Positions 23,251-39,157 of a stretch of DNA of 64,000 bases are shown here, piece by piece; position 1 is the first letter of the stretch; each line of letters starts with the position of its first letter. Origin of the DNA: the human T2T-CHM13v2.0 reference genome, Homo sapiens; the NCBI RefSeq assembly GCF_009914755.1, contig NC_060944.1; one strand, given 5' to 3'. The translations under genes were made by a program, and so were the position numbers. Under the pieces are notes generated by a model that saw only the letters and a list, made by a program, of their open reading frames with translations, made no database searches and was not told where the DNA came from.

Positions 23251-23906
23251 AAGGTAGGTCTTCCCTGAGCCTTATAATTACTTTAATGGTTGAACATCCC
23301 TCTCACGGAAGAAAAACAAAATTGCTTTTGTATCCCAATCTTTGGAAGACCCACTTTCCCCTTATGCTGGCATTTAGAAGGCCTAGAACTATTCCCTATG
23401 GCACTTAACCATGCTTACTGCATCCTGAAATTTCTGAAGTTTATTCATGTCAGCTTAATTAAAGCATGTGCAATGATGATAACTGATTTGTAAGATTCTC
23501 CAGGTGTAAGGTCTGGGATGCAGTGAGAACTTTCTCTTGGGTTGTTTTTAACCTCTGCGTTCCAGTTGAATTTCAGATGTGCCATAGACAGAGCTTCTTC
23601 GGAGGTGGAGGAGAAGGCACATTACTGCTCTCCCACGAGGTGGGGTCATTCTGGGGAAGTTCTCAAAGCTCATCATCTCAGCTCTGGGGCTCCTTAGCCA
23701 TGACTTACATAGATGAAGTTAGTACAGTTGTCCTGATTCCCAATTAATGCTTCCTCAAGGAACCCCCCTGGAAAAATCTTACCAATCCTTCTAGACCCAC
23801 CCATCAATATTTGTCTTATTTTTCATTTAGTGAGAATCAGCTCCCAGAAAGATTCAAAATAGCACTTATGGTGGCCTTGTAGAATCTTGGCTTGTTTGAG
23901 AGTAGG

Positions 23907-23907
<1 letters not shown>

Positions 23908-23950
<43 letters not shown>

Positions 23951-23962
23951 ATGTGTGTGTGT
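23908..23962. repeat. (TG)n microsatellite
   Basis: Direct read. Confidence 0.95.
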
Positions 23963-24269
23963 TTGTTTTGTCTTCTCCTTTCCCTAATGCATTTTATTTA
24001 AAATTTTCAATGAACCATTTTTTTGATGAACTTGAACATTAAAAGAAAAATGTTTTCCTCATTTTCTTCAATATTTAAAAAGTACTGCAAAGCACAAGGG
24101 AAATGAACCAAATATATAGAATATCATCAATAACAAGGCATCTGGACATTAATTAATTCTTCATTTTGGAACACCTGTGGCGAGATGGGCCTTGTGTAGG
24201 ATGTCGCAGAAACACAGGGAGTATAACAGGCTTTCAAGGAAAAAGAGCTTATGGAAAGGAGGACAAGGA

Positions 24270-24740
24270 AAATATTTATTGAATGGATTCTTTGTGCCAG
24301 ATGCTTGGCATATGTTATAATGAAATAGCAAACAGCCATAAAATGCTAAGCAGATTCCCAAGTGCTTCATTGACTCATGGGATCCTCATAAGAACTCTAT
24401 GAAGCAGTGTTATTACCGTCCCCACTTTACAGATTAGGAAATTGAGGCAACAGAAGGTTGATTAATTTGCCAAGATCACTTGGCTTGGAATAGAGGAGAG
24501 GGGACAGCCAGGTGACCTTGAAACTCCTTGGTGATTCAAGAATCCCAGCTCCTAACTGCAGAGCTACATAGCTTTTCATTTTGGAAGCTCTCTCATCTCA
24601 CCCTTAAAATAGTGACATGAAGTGGGCAGTCCTGTTGAACCAATAAGAAAAGCTTAGAAAAGTTGCACATCTTCCCCAGCCAGGTAGGCAAAGAGCTGGG
24701 ATTTGAACCCAGGTGTGGCTGTCTCCAAATTTTCTGCTAC
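24270..24740 (-). mobile_element. MIR fragments
   Basis: cccactttacagattaggaaattgaggca...; gagctgggatttgaacccagg. Confidence 0.8.
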
Positions 24741-25896
24741 TTTTACTGTATCATTTACAGTGAACCTACCAAGCAAACAAGATTCTGCAGCTTCTAAATT
24801 CAGAAAACAAAATGCAGGAAGTGCAAGCCATAATGTGCAATCTAGGGAAAAGAATTTAATTTCAGGAAGCATGCCACTGCTTGGAAGGAACATTAACAAG
24901 ACTTTTGTATCCAAATCGTCCCTGGCCAGTTTTGGGTAGGACTCAAAAATGTAACCCACACCTTCTGGAACTGTCCATGGGGAAATCATCTTTGTGCTTG
25001 TTTGAACTGCCTTATCCTGGTAGAAATCATTGCTACTATCATCACAGCATTGTTGTATGGAAGTTTACTGTCACTGGCAATAAACATAGATGAAAGGAGG
25101 GGGGAATAAGAAAACAAAAGGGAAAAATAGAAGCAAAAAATGCACCAGAGTGAAAAAAATATCCATAAACTCGTTGTTTTTTGTCTCTCTTGTTGCTCTG
25201 ATGTGCACAAAGGAAATAGACGGAATAAAATCACATCTCAGGAACACCAACATAAATTCCCCCTTGCTTTGACAAGTACGTAATTTTCTTCAGAGATGCT
25301 CTTCACGTCTGGAGAGTTATGAGGCAATTTCATTCCCATCTGACAAATTTACAAAGAAACATTAGAGAGAAGGGATTAGGAAAGCGAGAAATCTTTATAG
25401 ACTTTTTCCTCAGGCTGTATTTCCCTTCCATCTCTTGGCTCTTCCTTGAGGACCAGGCATGAATGCCTCACACAGTGTGGGCCTCATAACCAAGACACTT
25501 AGGAGAGAAACAAAACATGAAATGTGCTTTCAATCAACTAATTGTATTTACATTATTGGGGGATGGGGGTGGCACTTGGGGACCAGAAGATTCTTATTGG
25601 CAAACATGGAAGTGAAGTCTCTGAGGTATGGATTCAAAATGGTATTTGTAAAATTGGACTTTGAAAGAAATGCAGAAAGAGAAAGAGGGGAGGGAGAGAG
25701 AAAGAAAGGGAGGGAGAGAGAACTGAATGTCTAAGAAAGTTTGTGGTGCAAATAAGCATTTCAGGATGATCACAATACAGGATTAATAATAGCAAAGCAT
25801 ATGTATTTTTTTCCTTGTAGGATTATAGATGCTAAGGCAACTTGGAGTTTTTCTCCTTTTAAAACATCTCTGTTGCTAATTTCATTGTGCAGCTTT

Positions 25897-26008
25897 CAGA
25901 GTGACTAACCATACCAGTTTGACCAAGACTGTATTGGCTGCAGCACTTAAAAGCTCACATCCCGGAAATCCTTTGGTCCTCGGTGAATTGGGATGGTTGG
26001 TTACCCTA
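25897..26008. mobile_element. MER81-like hAT MITE
   Basis: agagtgactaacc...gggatggttggttacccta termini, about 110 bp. Confidence 0.7.
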
Positions 26009-28529
26009 TTACTGATGATTGTAATTCTCAGGTAAGTTACTTGAGTTTTGGCAGCTGTTAACTTTCCTAAATATTTGCAACCTTGAATTATTCACGTTTG
26101 GTCTCTGTTAACTGGCAAAGTGAATGTGTACACACACATACTACACATATACATAAACTTGTAGTTTGATCATTTGGGGATTCTAGTAAAGTCTTCAATT
26201 AAGGTCACTGTGAGGGCTTAGAATTCTGAAGGAAAAATCATAATAAGTGCTCAGAAGTTCAGGAAACGTTATTTTTTTTCCTGGAGTTGAGATTAAACAT
26301 AATATAATGCAGATGCTGTCGGATACGGAACCCAAATGACAAATGTTTTATAACTGGGACTTAGGGAATGGAGAAAAGTAAGAGATACATAGCTTCCAAG
26401 ACCTTAGTTGAGAGCCGCAAAGCACCCATAATACTGTATGTATAATTTGGCAGGAGAAAGGTGAGATATTTGTGCGTGTATTACTATTGTGTATTTTTTA
26501 GAGTACAGCTGGGCAGCCATGTTTGTGATTTACTGGCCATATCAAAAGACTGAAATTGAACCTAATCTGTATAATTTCAGCTTTCTGTTCTTTAAGTTTT
26601 TTCACTTGTAGTCACAATTTAAGTCATTTGCATTTTCTAAAAATTCTATTTTTGGTGATACTTGTTATTTTCCTTCTTTAAAGTTACAAGAAAATCTTTA
26701 TTGTTTACCTTCCTGTGAAATGGTGATTTATATTGGAATGGGATGTCCAAAACCTTTAGGACAGAAGAGAAACCAAGCATTTATTTTGCCAAAAAAATCC
26801 CCAGAGATCTTGCATTTTGGGGTTTAAGTTTAACATCCTAAAACCAAATGTTGAAGTTGAATTTGGATGCGATCTCTCTTGAAACTCTCACAGTCAAACT
26901 CTCCCTTTAATCCGTCTGCTGAATATGAAAAACGGGGCTTCTTTGAACTGTAAATGCTTCTTTTTGCCTAATTTAGAGAAATAAACAATGATAAGTGATG
27001 TTCATCTATAGAGAGACTTGGTCCAGAGGCATATGAAAGTTGTGAGTTGTCTGTACTGGCTACCCTCTGTAAAACCTGCCCTGTACTTTATAGAGGACAG
27101 TCTATCCCAGTATCACCGATAGGATGTACAGATGGCTTTTTGCTTACAAGCAAGCATAAGTACAGTGTTGCCGAGAAATTAGATTGAGCATGATGAGAGA
27201 TATAAAAGTTTAAAATATCCCCGGTGGAAAAATTTTTTTCTTTTTATTCTGCATTTGAATCTTTTAAATACTGTAACTTTTGGGGGAAAGTTATTGAGAC
27301 ATAAAAGGAATATTTGAACTGCTTTGGAGTTTATGATAACCACTGTATAATACATTATCTTGAAAGCCTTTATAGTACACAGTTACAAACTTCCAGGAAA
27401 TCTATTAAAAGGCAGCATTAATTAACATAAACTTTTTATAGTGTTACTAATATTCTGCAAACAACTAAGAGTTTAAAAGCCCTTTTTACAGGCATTTCTT
27501 GCTGCCTATACACTATGATCAGCATGAATTACAGGAAACACTAAAGGAGTAGAAAGAAATGAATTTTCATTGCTTGTTCTAGATGGGAAATTCACCTCAA
27601 TATCTGTCTTTAATTTGAACAAGTGTGAAGACAAGGTACTCACCAGTTTGATTAGCATCCTCTTTGTAGACTTGTACAGCTGACCGAAAGCAAAACACTG
27701 ATGCTTCAATATTCATTCTCCCAACGGATGATAAATAGCATCTTTGAAATGACTTTAGAAAACAAAAGGATTTCCTTGAATCCTGGGAGATAGAGTTTGG
27801 CTGTATCCGCTCACAAAACTTTTACGATCTCATCAGTGGGTTAGTCCATGATACAGGCTACATTTAGACACTTACAGATGTGTCAAGTGGTTCCAGAAAT
27901 GAAAGTAGTATTTTAATTTTTTTTTGATGTCTGGTTCCCAGTTGCACTGGCAAATCTCTGAAACCTGAATCTTGACCTTTTTTAGAGTGATGTTTTTCAT
28001 TTCTGTTTTGAATTCCAAAGGGGAGGAGGCCTTTCAGTCTCTGTGCCCAAAGGGCAAAACTGTCTCCATTTAGGATTGAAATGAAGATGACCTGGGCCTG
28101 AGTTATCTAGTCATAATTATTTCCTGACTCTCTGTATTTAAATATTTCTGCTCTAACGTGAATTAAGCAAGGTTTCTTTGCTTCCTCTTTGCAGTGCAGT
28201 CTGCTGTTTGTAAATACTAGAATGGTGATTCTGGCCAAAGATTCCTCGCTTTCTTAGGTCTTTGGTGTCATCTGGGTGCGACTGATGATTTTCTATTTTA
28301 GTAAATACTTTACACTCTTACTTTATTTTATTTTATTTTTTTAAATAAAATGCTTTCCAGATCCCTTGGAGGCAGAGTCCTCCAACATTTTGTTGCCATT
28401 CTGCTGTTCCCTCTTCCCACAACATCACCTGATTCTCAACCCATATGGTACTAGGATTTCACTGTGATAATCATAAAACAGATTATTATGCATATACATT
28501 ATTTGCTGCGTACATTTTCTCCATTAAGT

Positions 28530-30140
28530 TTTTTGTTTATTCAAGAGATATTTACTTGAGGAGCTCAGTATTGGCCCTCCCATTTTATCCCTTTTCTCTA
28601 TTTATATTGTCATCTATACCTCTTATCTTTGCTTAGTGGGTATTGTGTGCCAGGTATTGCAGAAGTGTTGGTGAACATGACATATGAGCTTGCTCCTTCT
28701 GGAGTTTGTCTTCTAGTTAGGGTAGCTATGCAGAGGGCAAGCAAGCAAATGACTAATAAGGTGATAAGTCTATGGAGGAAAGAAACTGATGATGTGTTGG
28801 GGTGTGACTGATGGAGAGTTGAGGCAGCATGGCTGGGATGTCATCTGTAAGGAGGTCTCATCATAGCGGGAATTTGAGTGATGAGAAGAAACCCATGATA
28901 CAGAGATCTGGGGATGAGTATTCCAGGCAGATGGAGCAGTGAGTGCAAAGGCCAGGTGGAAGCGAGCTTGGTGTGGGCAGACCAACGTGGGCTGGTGGAG
29001 CAGGATGAACAAGGATGTCAGAGAGTTGGGAAATAAGCAGTGTCTCTAATAACATCTACCCCGTATCAGTGTGAGCCCTGAAAAGACATTACCTCTATAC
29101 CTTGAAGAAGCCTTGAAGGGAGGTGATTGTTTTCACATTTAGCAGATGATTAAATAGAAGTTCGGAGAGGTGTTGTGGTTTGTCCAAGGTCACACAGCCA
29201 ATAAATGTCAGAGCTAGAATTCAAATGTAGATTTGCCTGATTCCAATATTTGTCCGTTAAATATATTTTGAGTACCTATAATGTGCCTGGCCCTTGGTAG
29301 GAGGTGAGGATAAGGTAGTGGGCAAAATAAAATTTATATTCTCATGAGGCTTACTTCCAGTAGAAGGAACCAGGAAAGAACTAACTGTATAGTTTATCAG
29401 GTCGTGAGAAGTACTATGGAGAGAGACAAATGAGGGAAAAGAAGGCAGGAGGGGAGATAGTGGGGATGGGGCTGCTCTTTTGCACAAGAATTTCAGAAAA
29501 GATATCATTGATAAGGAGATATTTGAGCCAAGAAATGAAGGAAATGAAAACAAGCCAACAGGTTTCCCTTGCAGAGCAGTCCAGATATAACAAGTAGCAA
29601 ATGAAAACTTTCAAAGTGGGCATAAGTATGGCGTGATGGAGAAACAGCAAGGATATCAGTTAGCTGGATTCAGGTGAACAAGGGAGAGAATATGAGACTG
29701 GGTGGGCTGTGGCGAGGTCTTCGGCTTTTACTCTGAGTGAGATGAGAGTCAATGGAAGAAAAGAGGGCCATATTGTAAGTTTGGTTTTATTACCATTATT
29801 CTGGATGCTGGTTAAAAGGTAGACTGTTGGGGAAGAGTGGAAGCAGGAAGTTGGGAGGCCAGTGGTGATTCGGTGATTCAGGCAGACATCATGGTGGCTG
29901 GTGTCAGAGTCCTGGCAGTGAAGTTGGTGAGAAGGGGCCAGATATATGATATATTTCAACAGTCGAGTCAACAGAATTCGCTTGTCGATTTGGGTGTGAG
30001 GTGTGAGAGAAAGAAAAGTCAAGGATGACGTAGTGTTTATGGCCTGAACCACAAGCAGGACGGAGTTACCATTTACCGAATGGCAAAATCAGTGGAGGTG
30101 CGCTATTTTCAGGGGAAAAATAAGGAGCTCAGTATTGGCT
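28530..30140 (-). mobile_element. L2 / MIR / L2 antisense cluster
   Basis: L2 3' ends at about 28530 and 29258 (tttgagtacctataatgtgcctgg); MIR about 29110-29245 (gtccaaggtcacacagc). Confidence 0.8.
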
Positions 30141-31106
30141 TTCCCAATGTGTCCCTTTTTCAATTTATATTGGCAACTATACCTCTTATTTTTGCTAAGT
30201 GGGTCGCTGATGTGCAGATGTTATTTGAACAGAAAATTGTCAACATTTTTCTTCCTTAACAAAACAATGGTTGTCAGTACACTGTGCTAGTGCATTAATT
30301 AGCTTTGCTGCATAACAAACGACCCTCGAATTTCAGTGGCTTACAATAACAAACATTCATTTTCACGAAACCAAAAATACAGGATGGTTATGACTCAGCT
30401 CAACTCTGCCCCAGTGCTTCCCCCTCTGCCGACTTCTGCCTGTACATATCAGCTTACATTCCGTTGGCCAAAGCACATGGCTGAGTCCAACCATGATAAG
30501 GGAGGAACTACACACCCCCCTCAAATGGCATGACATTTCCTTCATTCAAGCCTGGTTGTCATCTCAATCAGTTAAAAACAAATAAGTAGATCCAGAATGA
30601 CCATGCAACAGCCTCCAAAGAAGATGAGAGGCCTCAGCCCCCCAAATCCAGTGAGAACTAGTTCTTCCCATGTCTCCCAGCACTCAAGCATCTCTATACT
30701 GGAGCAGCTTCTACTTGGCAGTAAGCCTATCTCTTTGGTAATTTATTTCTCCCATGATGACCTTGAGCCCACTCATAGCTGGCCTGTGTCTTTATTCACT
30801 ATTACATCATCAGTGCCTACTGCAGTCCTACACACAGTAGTTCTAGTTTCGTGTGATTGGTTCAGATGCATTGTACCTAGCTTGTAGAATTCATTTAGAG
30901 GCTGGTTTCTTTTAAAAGGAATAAATAGAGGAATGGAGAAAAGACAAGAAAGTGGAGAGTTAGCAAATTCAGTTGCCTTAGCAAATTCAGAAGCCAGGCA
31001 GATAACACACATAGTGCCTCCACAGGGTTTGAGACAAATGGGGGTGGTGGCCCATTTAGCCAAGCCAGAGTACATACCCCCACATGGTAGAATTAAAGAT
31101 ATTTTA

Positions 31107-31406
<300 letters not shown>

Positions 31407-31580
31407 TTAGAAGCCAAATAAAACAAAACTACCTGTGCTAGTCAAATAAAACTGTTTGAAGGGCAGATTCTCCCTGAAACCTGTCAGTTTGAGAATCTAG
31501 TAATAGAGTTGGGAAGATTTGGGCTTATCAAAGGAAAACTTTTGTTTTTGTTTTGTTTTGCTTCCTCCTCTCAACCTCCA

Positions 31581-31714
31581 TAACTATTGGGTACTAGGCT
31601 TAGTGCCTGGGTGAAGAAATAATCTGTACATCAAACCTCAGTGACACGAGTTAAGCTATATAACAAACCTGCAAATGTAACCCTGAACCTAAAATAAAAG
31701 TTAAAAAAAAAAAG
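31581..31714 (+). mobile_element. Short L1PA 3' end
   Basis: actattgggtactaggcttagtgcctgggtga...ccctgaacctaaaataaaagttaaaaaa. Confidence 0.9.
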
Positions 31715-32229
31715 AGAACCTATTTGTAGGGTGGCAAATATCTTTCCCTCACCCTCCATCATTAGGTAGTTCTTTGGTAAAAAAAAAAAAAAAAAAAAAA
31801 AAGAATCTTTTTATCTGAAACTGGGACAAGAACTAGCTAGAGGGAATACCTTTATTTCTTTTGCCAAAGATAACTCTGGAGATTTTGTTTTTAGTTCTCT
31901 TCCATCTTCCTGAACCTTGCATACTGTTTGGGTGGTGGAGGGGTGTTAGGGGGTGGAGGAGAAGGAGAAGAAGGAGGAATGCTTAGGTGAAGCCCTGAGA
32001 GTTTCTGCCTCTCATGCCTGAGGTGTGGAGGTAGAGCTCTCTGGAATATTTCCAAGCCAAGTTGCGGAAGCCCACACTTCTCCCGCCTGGAGGGTTGTTC
32101 TTTGACTTCATCGAGGGCATCCAAGGCCAGGGTTATGAAATCTGATGCTCAGCAGAGGATTCCTGAATCTTCTCCCACCACAATGTTTAGGAACTGGGGT
32201 CAACTAGGACATAGGTCAACATTAGTGGT

Positions 32230-32540
32230 GCCCAGGAAATTCGACCTGCAGATATATTTTGTTTGGCTTACACAGCAATTATAAAGTTATATGTATTAAA
32301 AAAATTAATTCTCTATGGGCCAGTATTTACAAACCATGAGATTTTACATGAAAATCAATATTTCTGCCTTCCTCTGAAATGTGGAAGCTCTGTCAATATG
32401 GGGCCGCATCTGGTTGAGTAACATCTGCCCACTTCATTAAGAGCATGCCGGCTAGCTCACACCCGTCCCTACCCAGCTCACTCCACTCAATTATTTCACC
32501 TGGATGGCCCTGTTAGACAATTGGGAGTAGACTCTTGACC
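32230..32540 (-). mobile_element. MER102-like hAT fossil
   Basis: gacctgcagatatattttgtttggc...gagattttacatgaaaatc...ggccctgttagaca. Confidence 0.7.
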
Positions 32541-33714
32541 TATATATTTATGTATAATACCTGTGGCTATAAATACATTGCTGTAAATGCCTCAGATATC
32601 ATCTTTAATTTAAAGAGCAGCCTGCCCTTTAGGTAATCAACTTCGGCTTTTTAAAACCAGAATTGTTAATTATCCTGGCAGTATTGTCTTTGCCCTCAAC
32701 CTGATAAAGTCACTGGTGAAAGGATGCGATTATTTGGTAGGTGAATCTAAAGGATATCATTTCTCTTTTTTCCTTCTTCTGCTATTTTCTCTTTACTCAC
32801 ATCTTCCTTGCCAACCAATCCGACATGCAAGAAACCCTTCAGGTGCTTAAAGGAGTTGGAAAATATTCCCGGAAATGCTGAAAGTTTGCCACATTGTCAG
32901 AGGATAAAAGCACAGTGTTCAATCCAAAGGCTTTGTGTAGGTTTTTTTTTTTTTTTCAATGCAAGTTCCAGGTTAAATTTGAGGATGCTTGTGTTCTCTA
33001 CATTTTAATGAGAAGCTTTAGCTAAGAATTTTTTTTTAAACAAAGGCACAAAAGTTTAAATCCTTTGCGCAATAGCAGTGAGATTGAAGTGACATACTGT
33101 TTTAACTTTTTGAAAAACAGCAATGCTCAAATAATCAGCAGGAGAGGGAATATTAGACAAGTAAATATGGAATATTATGCTCACAAGCAATAACTGTGTC
33201 TATTAAATATGCAAACCATGCAGCCTCATATGGATTTTTTTCATTACATCATTTTATAGGTATATGTGTGTATAAGACTGGGTATATAGTAAACTTTTAT
33301 GAGTTAAATCATTTTTTCCATTAGCTTTTGTTGTAATTACCAAGATGCTTACTGTAATTTCTGATTGATCTTCAATTGGCACTACCCCATAACACTTTAT
33401 CTTGAAAATTCTCTGCCTGTAGGCCTCTTAGTTAGGTAGTGAACGATTTATCTATACACCTTCAACATAATCAAGAGGTCAATATGTAAAGGGACCCATT
33501 TGTAAATGAAATAAAGCAAATAATATGGTGGTTATTTTTGTATTTAGATAGATTAGCAACATTGATTCTAATGAGAGGGACCTTCCTTTCTTTATAGCAA
33601 TTGTACCATGCAGTGTTAGTTATGTGCTGATTTCTCAGTTTATTTCATGACTACCTTCCCACTAGAATGTAATTTCTCTGAGGACAGGAATCATGCCTTT
33701 GTTTTCTGTCTTTA

Positions 33715-34437
<723 letters not shown>

Positions 34438-35304
34438 TAGCTTAGCACTTGGATGTAGTAGGAATTAGGAGACCACAATATATCTTTGTTGAAGGAATAC
34501 ATGAAAGAATGACTCAGTCAGCCACATTGTATTCCCCTTCGTAGCCTTGGGATCAGGATGCAGTAGGTCCTCTGTAATTCTTTGGGGAAGAAAAGAATTA
34601 TTTGGCTTCCTGATTTCTGAAGCAGAGCCCAGGGGGCAGTTGAGATACTTTTGGAACATGAAAAACTCGCCATTTCCCCTTGCCCGTGATGTTTGAATCC
34701 AGTGTATGAAAAGGAAATCTGTGGCATCTTTTCTCGAGCTTGTAATTTGGGTTGCTTTGTGTTCACTGCTAATTAACCAGTTGGTGATGTGCTGTTTGTC
34801 TTTTCGTCTGCCTCTGAGCTTGTAAGGAGTCAGTGACAAGCCCAGTGAAACTGAGGGGCACTCAGATAATTAAGGTTTGGAGGGCTTCTTACCAACCCAT
34901 TGATGAACCAATTGCTTCCTCTGCCTCAATTGATGGGTAGCTGACACATGACGTTAACAGTGGCTTTCTCTCATATACACAGCAGCAGGAGACTTTCCCA
35001 CCTTTTAATGGCTGAGCAAACTTCATCCCAGGCAACCCTGGCAAAATGAAAGTGTATTGTCAAAGTTACTTGTGAAGATGACTGTGTTTAGACTAGAAGA
35101 AAAGTCTTGATACATCAGAATTGCCACACACGCGTGCTCACACAGTCTTTATTATTAACATCTAAATGCAAAAAGTAATACAAAGCTTTATTTAAACATT
35201 TAAATGTATAAGGAGAAATGACTTTGTGTTCTATATTGTTCTTTTGTGTGTGTGTATGCCTGTTTTTATCCTTTAAGAAACAACAGTGATAGAGTATTGA
35301 GTAG

Positions 35305-35600
35305 TTTCTTTTCTTTTTTTCTTTTTTGAGACAAGGCCTTGCTAACCCTGGCTGGTTTGCATTGGCGTGATCACTACTCATTGCAGTCTCAACCTCTCAG
35401 GCTCAAGTGATCCTCTTGCCTTAGCCTCTCAAGTAGCTAGGACTACAGGTGTGCACCACCACACCAAGCTAAGTTTTTATTTTTTGTAGCAATGGGGTCT
35501 GGCTATGTTTCCCAGGCTGGTCTCAAACTCCTGGACTCAAGCAATCCACCAGTCAAGCCTCTTGGAGCGTTGGAGTTATAGGCTTGAGCCACCTTGCCCA
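35305..35600 (-). mobile_element. Alu (AluJ-like)
   Basis: Antisense diverged Alu. Confidence 0.9.
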
Positions 35601-35749
35601 GTTGAGAAGTTTCTCTAAATCTGATAACCTCCTCCTGTATAGAGTCTGTGTCTGTTATGCAAAAACATCAAATAATTGAATGTCATGTGTGGGCGGCTCT
35701 ACACCTCCTTACCTGTGCTTATCTTCTGCTTCTTTGCCTCTTTTTAATC

Positions 35750-36120
35750 CAGCGTAGTTTGGAACCAGCAGCAGCAGCAGCTCCCCAGACCTACTGAATC
35801 AGAATCTACATTTTGATAAGAGCCCAGGGTGACTCCATGTACGTGAAAAAGTTTGAGAAGTCCTTAGACCTACAGTTCACAGCTTCTCCTTCTTTCTTAT
35901 TCAACTGAATTGCAGTGGGACCTGAGTATGGTTAAAATAAATGAATAAAAACACAAATCAATTCTTGGGTGAGTCTCATGAACAATCAAGATTAAGAACC
36001 ACTGACCTTACTCCAGTAAATGCCTTGAGAACCCTGAGGGCAGGGACGCTGTCTACTGTGTTCTTTCCTAGGAAGGTGCTTGGAATATAGTAAAAAAAAA
36101 AATTATTTATTGAATGTATT
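35750..36120. mobile_element. MER5 fragments plus L2 3' tail
   Basis: ccccagacctactgaatcagaatc; ttaagaaccactg; ccctgagggcagggac...tttattgaatg. Confidence 0.65.
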
Positions 36121-36410
36121 ATTATACAAAACCCAAGGCTCAGATGACCTTGGGGCAGTGTCTTTTTCCATGTTCAGACCCTGAAGGAGATCAACCTGCC
36201 TGTCTGCTGACCCTGCTCCCGTAGCTGGGCAACAAGTTCTTTGAAGGTAGATCTAGGTGGCCCATCTTGGTGTCCACCACAAGTGGTTAACAGTCAAATA
36301 GAATCATGTTTTAGGAGGCAGGCTCTAGAATTTGACTGCCTACCTTTCATTTCTGGACCTGCCACTCCCTGGCTGAGTGACTTTGGCCAGTTATTTATCT
36401 TCTTCCTGGG

Positions 36411-36792
36411 TGATATGGTTTGGCTCTGTGTCCCCACCCAAATTTCATCTCCAATTGTAATCCCCATGTGTGGAGTGGGGGGACCTGTAATCCCCACGTG
36501 TTGAGGGAGGGAGGTGATTAGATCACGGGGAGGTTCCCCCATGCTGTTCTTGTGATAGTGAGTGAGTTCTCATGAGATCTGATGGGTTTATGAGGCAGTT
36601 TTCCCTGCTCTTGCTCACTCTCTCTCTTGCCTGCTGCCATGTAAGATGCGCCTGCTTCTCTTTCTGCCTTGATTGTAAGTTCCCTGAGGCCTCCCCAGCC
36701 CTGTGGAACTGTGAGTCAATTAAACCTCTTTCCTTTATACATTACTCAGTCTTGGGTATATCTTTACAGCAGTGTGAAAACGGACTAATACA
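36411..36792 (+). mobile_element. THE1 solo LTR inserted into a MIR
   Basis: tgatatggtttggctctgtgtcccc...gaaaacggactaataca; perfect TSD CTGGG (36406-10, 36793-97); MIR on both sides. Confidence 0.95.
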
Positions 36793-37579
36793 CTGGGTCA
36801 GTCTCCTTATCCATAACATACTATCAATTATACCCACCTGATAAAGTGATTTGAGACTATAGTGAGAAAAATAGATTTAAGGCACATATTGGGCACTTAA
36901 TTAAGGTTAGTTGTTATCGTTCCTATTATAATGATATTTTACATAATATATAATTAAAAGTTTATAATATTAAATCATGTTATAAAAATAGATTCTTCTT
37001 TTGCTTGTGTGAAGAAACAAACTGGGATGATAAAATGTTAGAGAAAGGGCAGTTTTATCCATACTAAAGATAATAGAGATATTATTTTCCTCTTCTGTGT
37101 GTGAGAACCATCTTTGTCTCCTTACACACTAGACAGGATACATTTGTTTGTGGTCTGTGTGCATTTTTCCTTCTTGTCAGAGCAGCAAGAACTTTGATTC
37201 TTGCCTTTAAATGGGATCTTTCGGGAGATGATATGATGATAAGATTTGTAATTTGCCCCGTCTCTATCCTTGCGGGATCTTGGGTTCTGCTCCAGCTACG
37301 TCAGCTCCGTTTAACTCAATGATCTGGTGACATCTTTCAGATCTCAGAAGGGCTCAACAAATGCCACCACGGAGTTCAGTAGTGAAGACACAATGCCAAG
37401 ATTAAGCAAGGTTGGGTTACATTTGTAAATGTAAAGGCTCAAAGCTTTGTTTGAACAAATCAGTGCAATAGATCTTAGGTAGAACAGAGTTCTAGCAGAA
37501 CTGTGAAGTTTCTAAAAAAAAAAACAACAGAAAACCCACACCAGTGAGTGTTAAAGTCTCATAGGAATAATTCCATTGT

Positions 37580-38885
<1,306 letters not shown>

Positions 38886-38890
38886 GTACC

Positions 38891-39157
38891 TGTGTTAGTT
38901 CATTTTGCATTGCAATAAAGGAATACCCAAAGCTGGGTAATTTTTAAAGAAAAGATGTTGATTTGGCTCACAATTCTGCAGACTGTACAAGACGCTTGGA
39001 TCCTGCATCTGCTTCTTGTGAGGTCTCAGGAAGCTTTTACTCATGGTGAAAGGCAGATGGGAGCTGGCATGTCACATGGTGAGAGAGGGAGCAAAAGAGA
39101 GAAGAGGGAGGCCACAGGCTCTTTTTAACAACCAGATCTCATGTGAACTCATTACTA
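38891..39157 (-). mobile_element. MST (MSTB-like) LTR, truncated
   Basis: tgtgttagttcattttgcattgcaataaaggaatacc...ctcaggaagcttttactcatgg...caaccagatctcatgtgaactcattact. Confidence 0.85.

Noticed and set aside
28150-28194. Strong-looking + strand acceptor (ctaac...ttcctctttgcag)
   Set aside because: No good donor at exon distance; isolated acceptor-like sequences are common.
31779-31802. Isolated poly(A) run suggesting a processed pseudogene tail
   Set aside because: The upstream sequence is short, shows no mRNA features and has no clear TSD.
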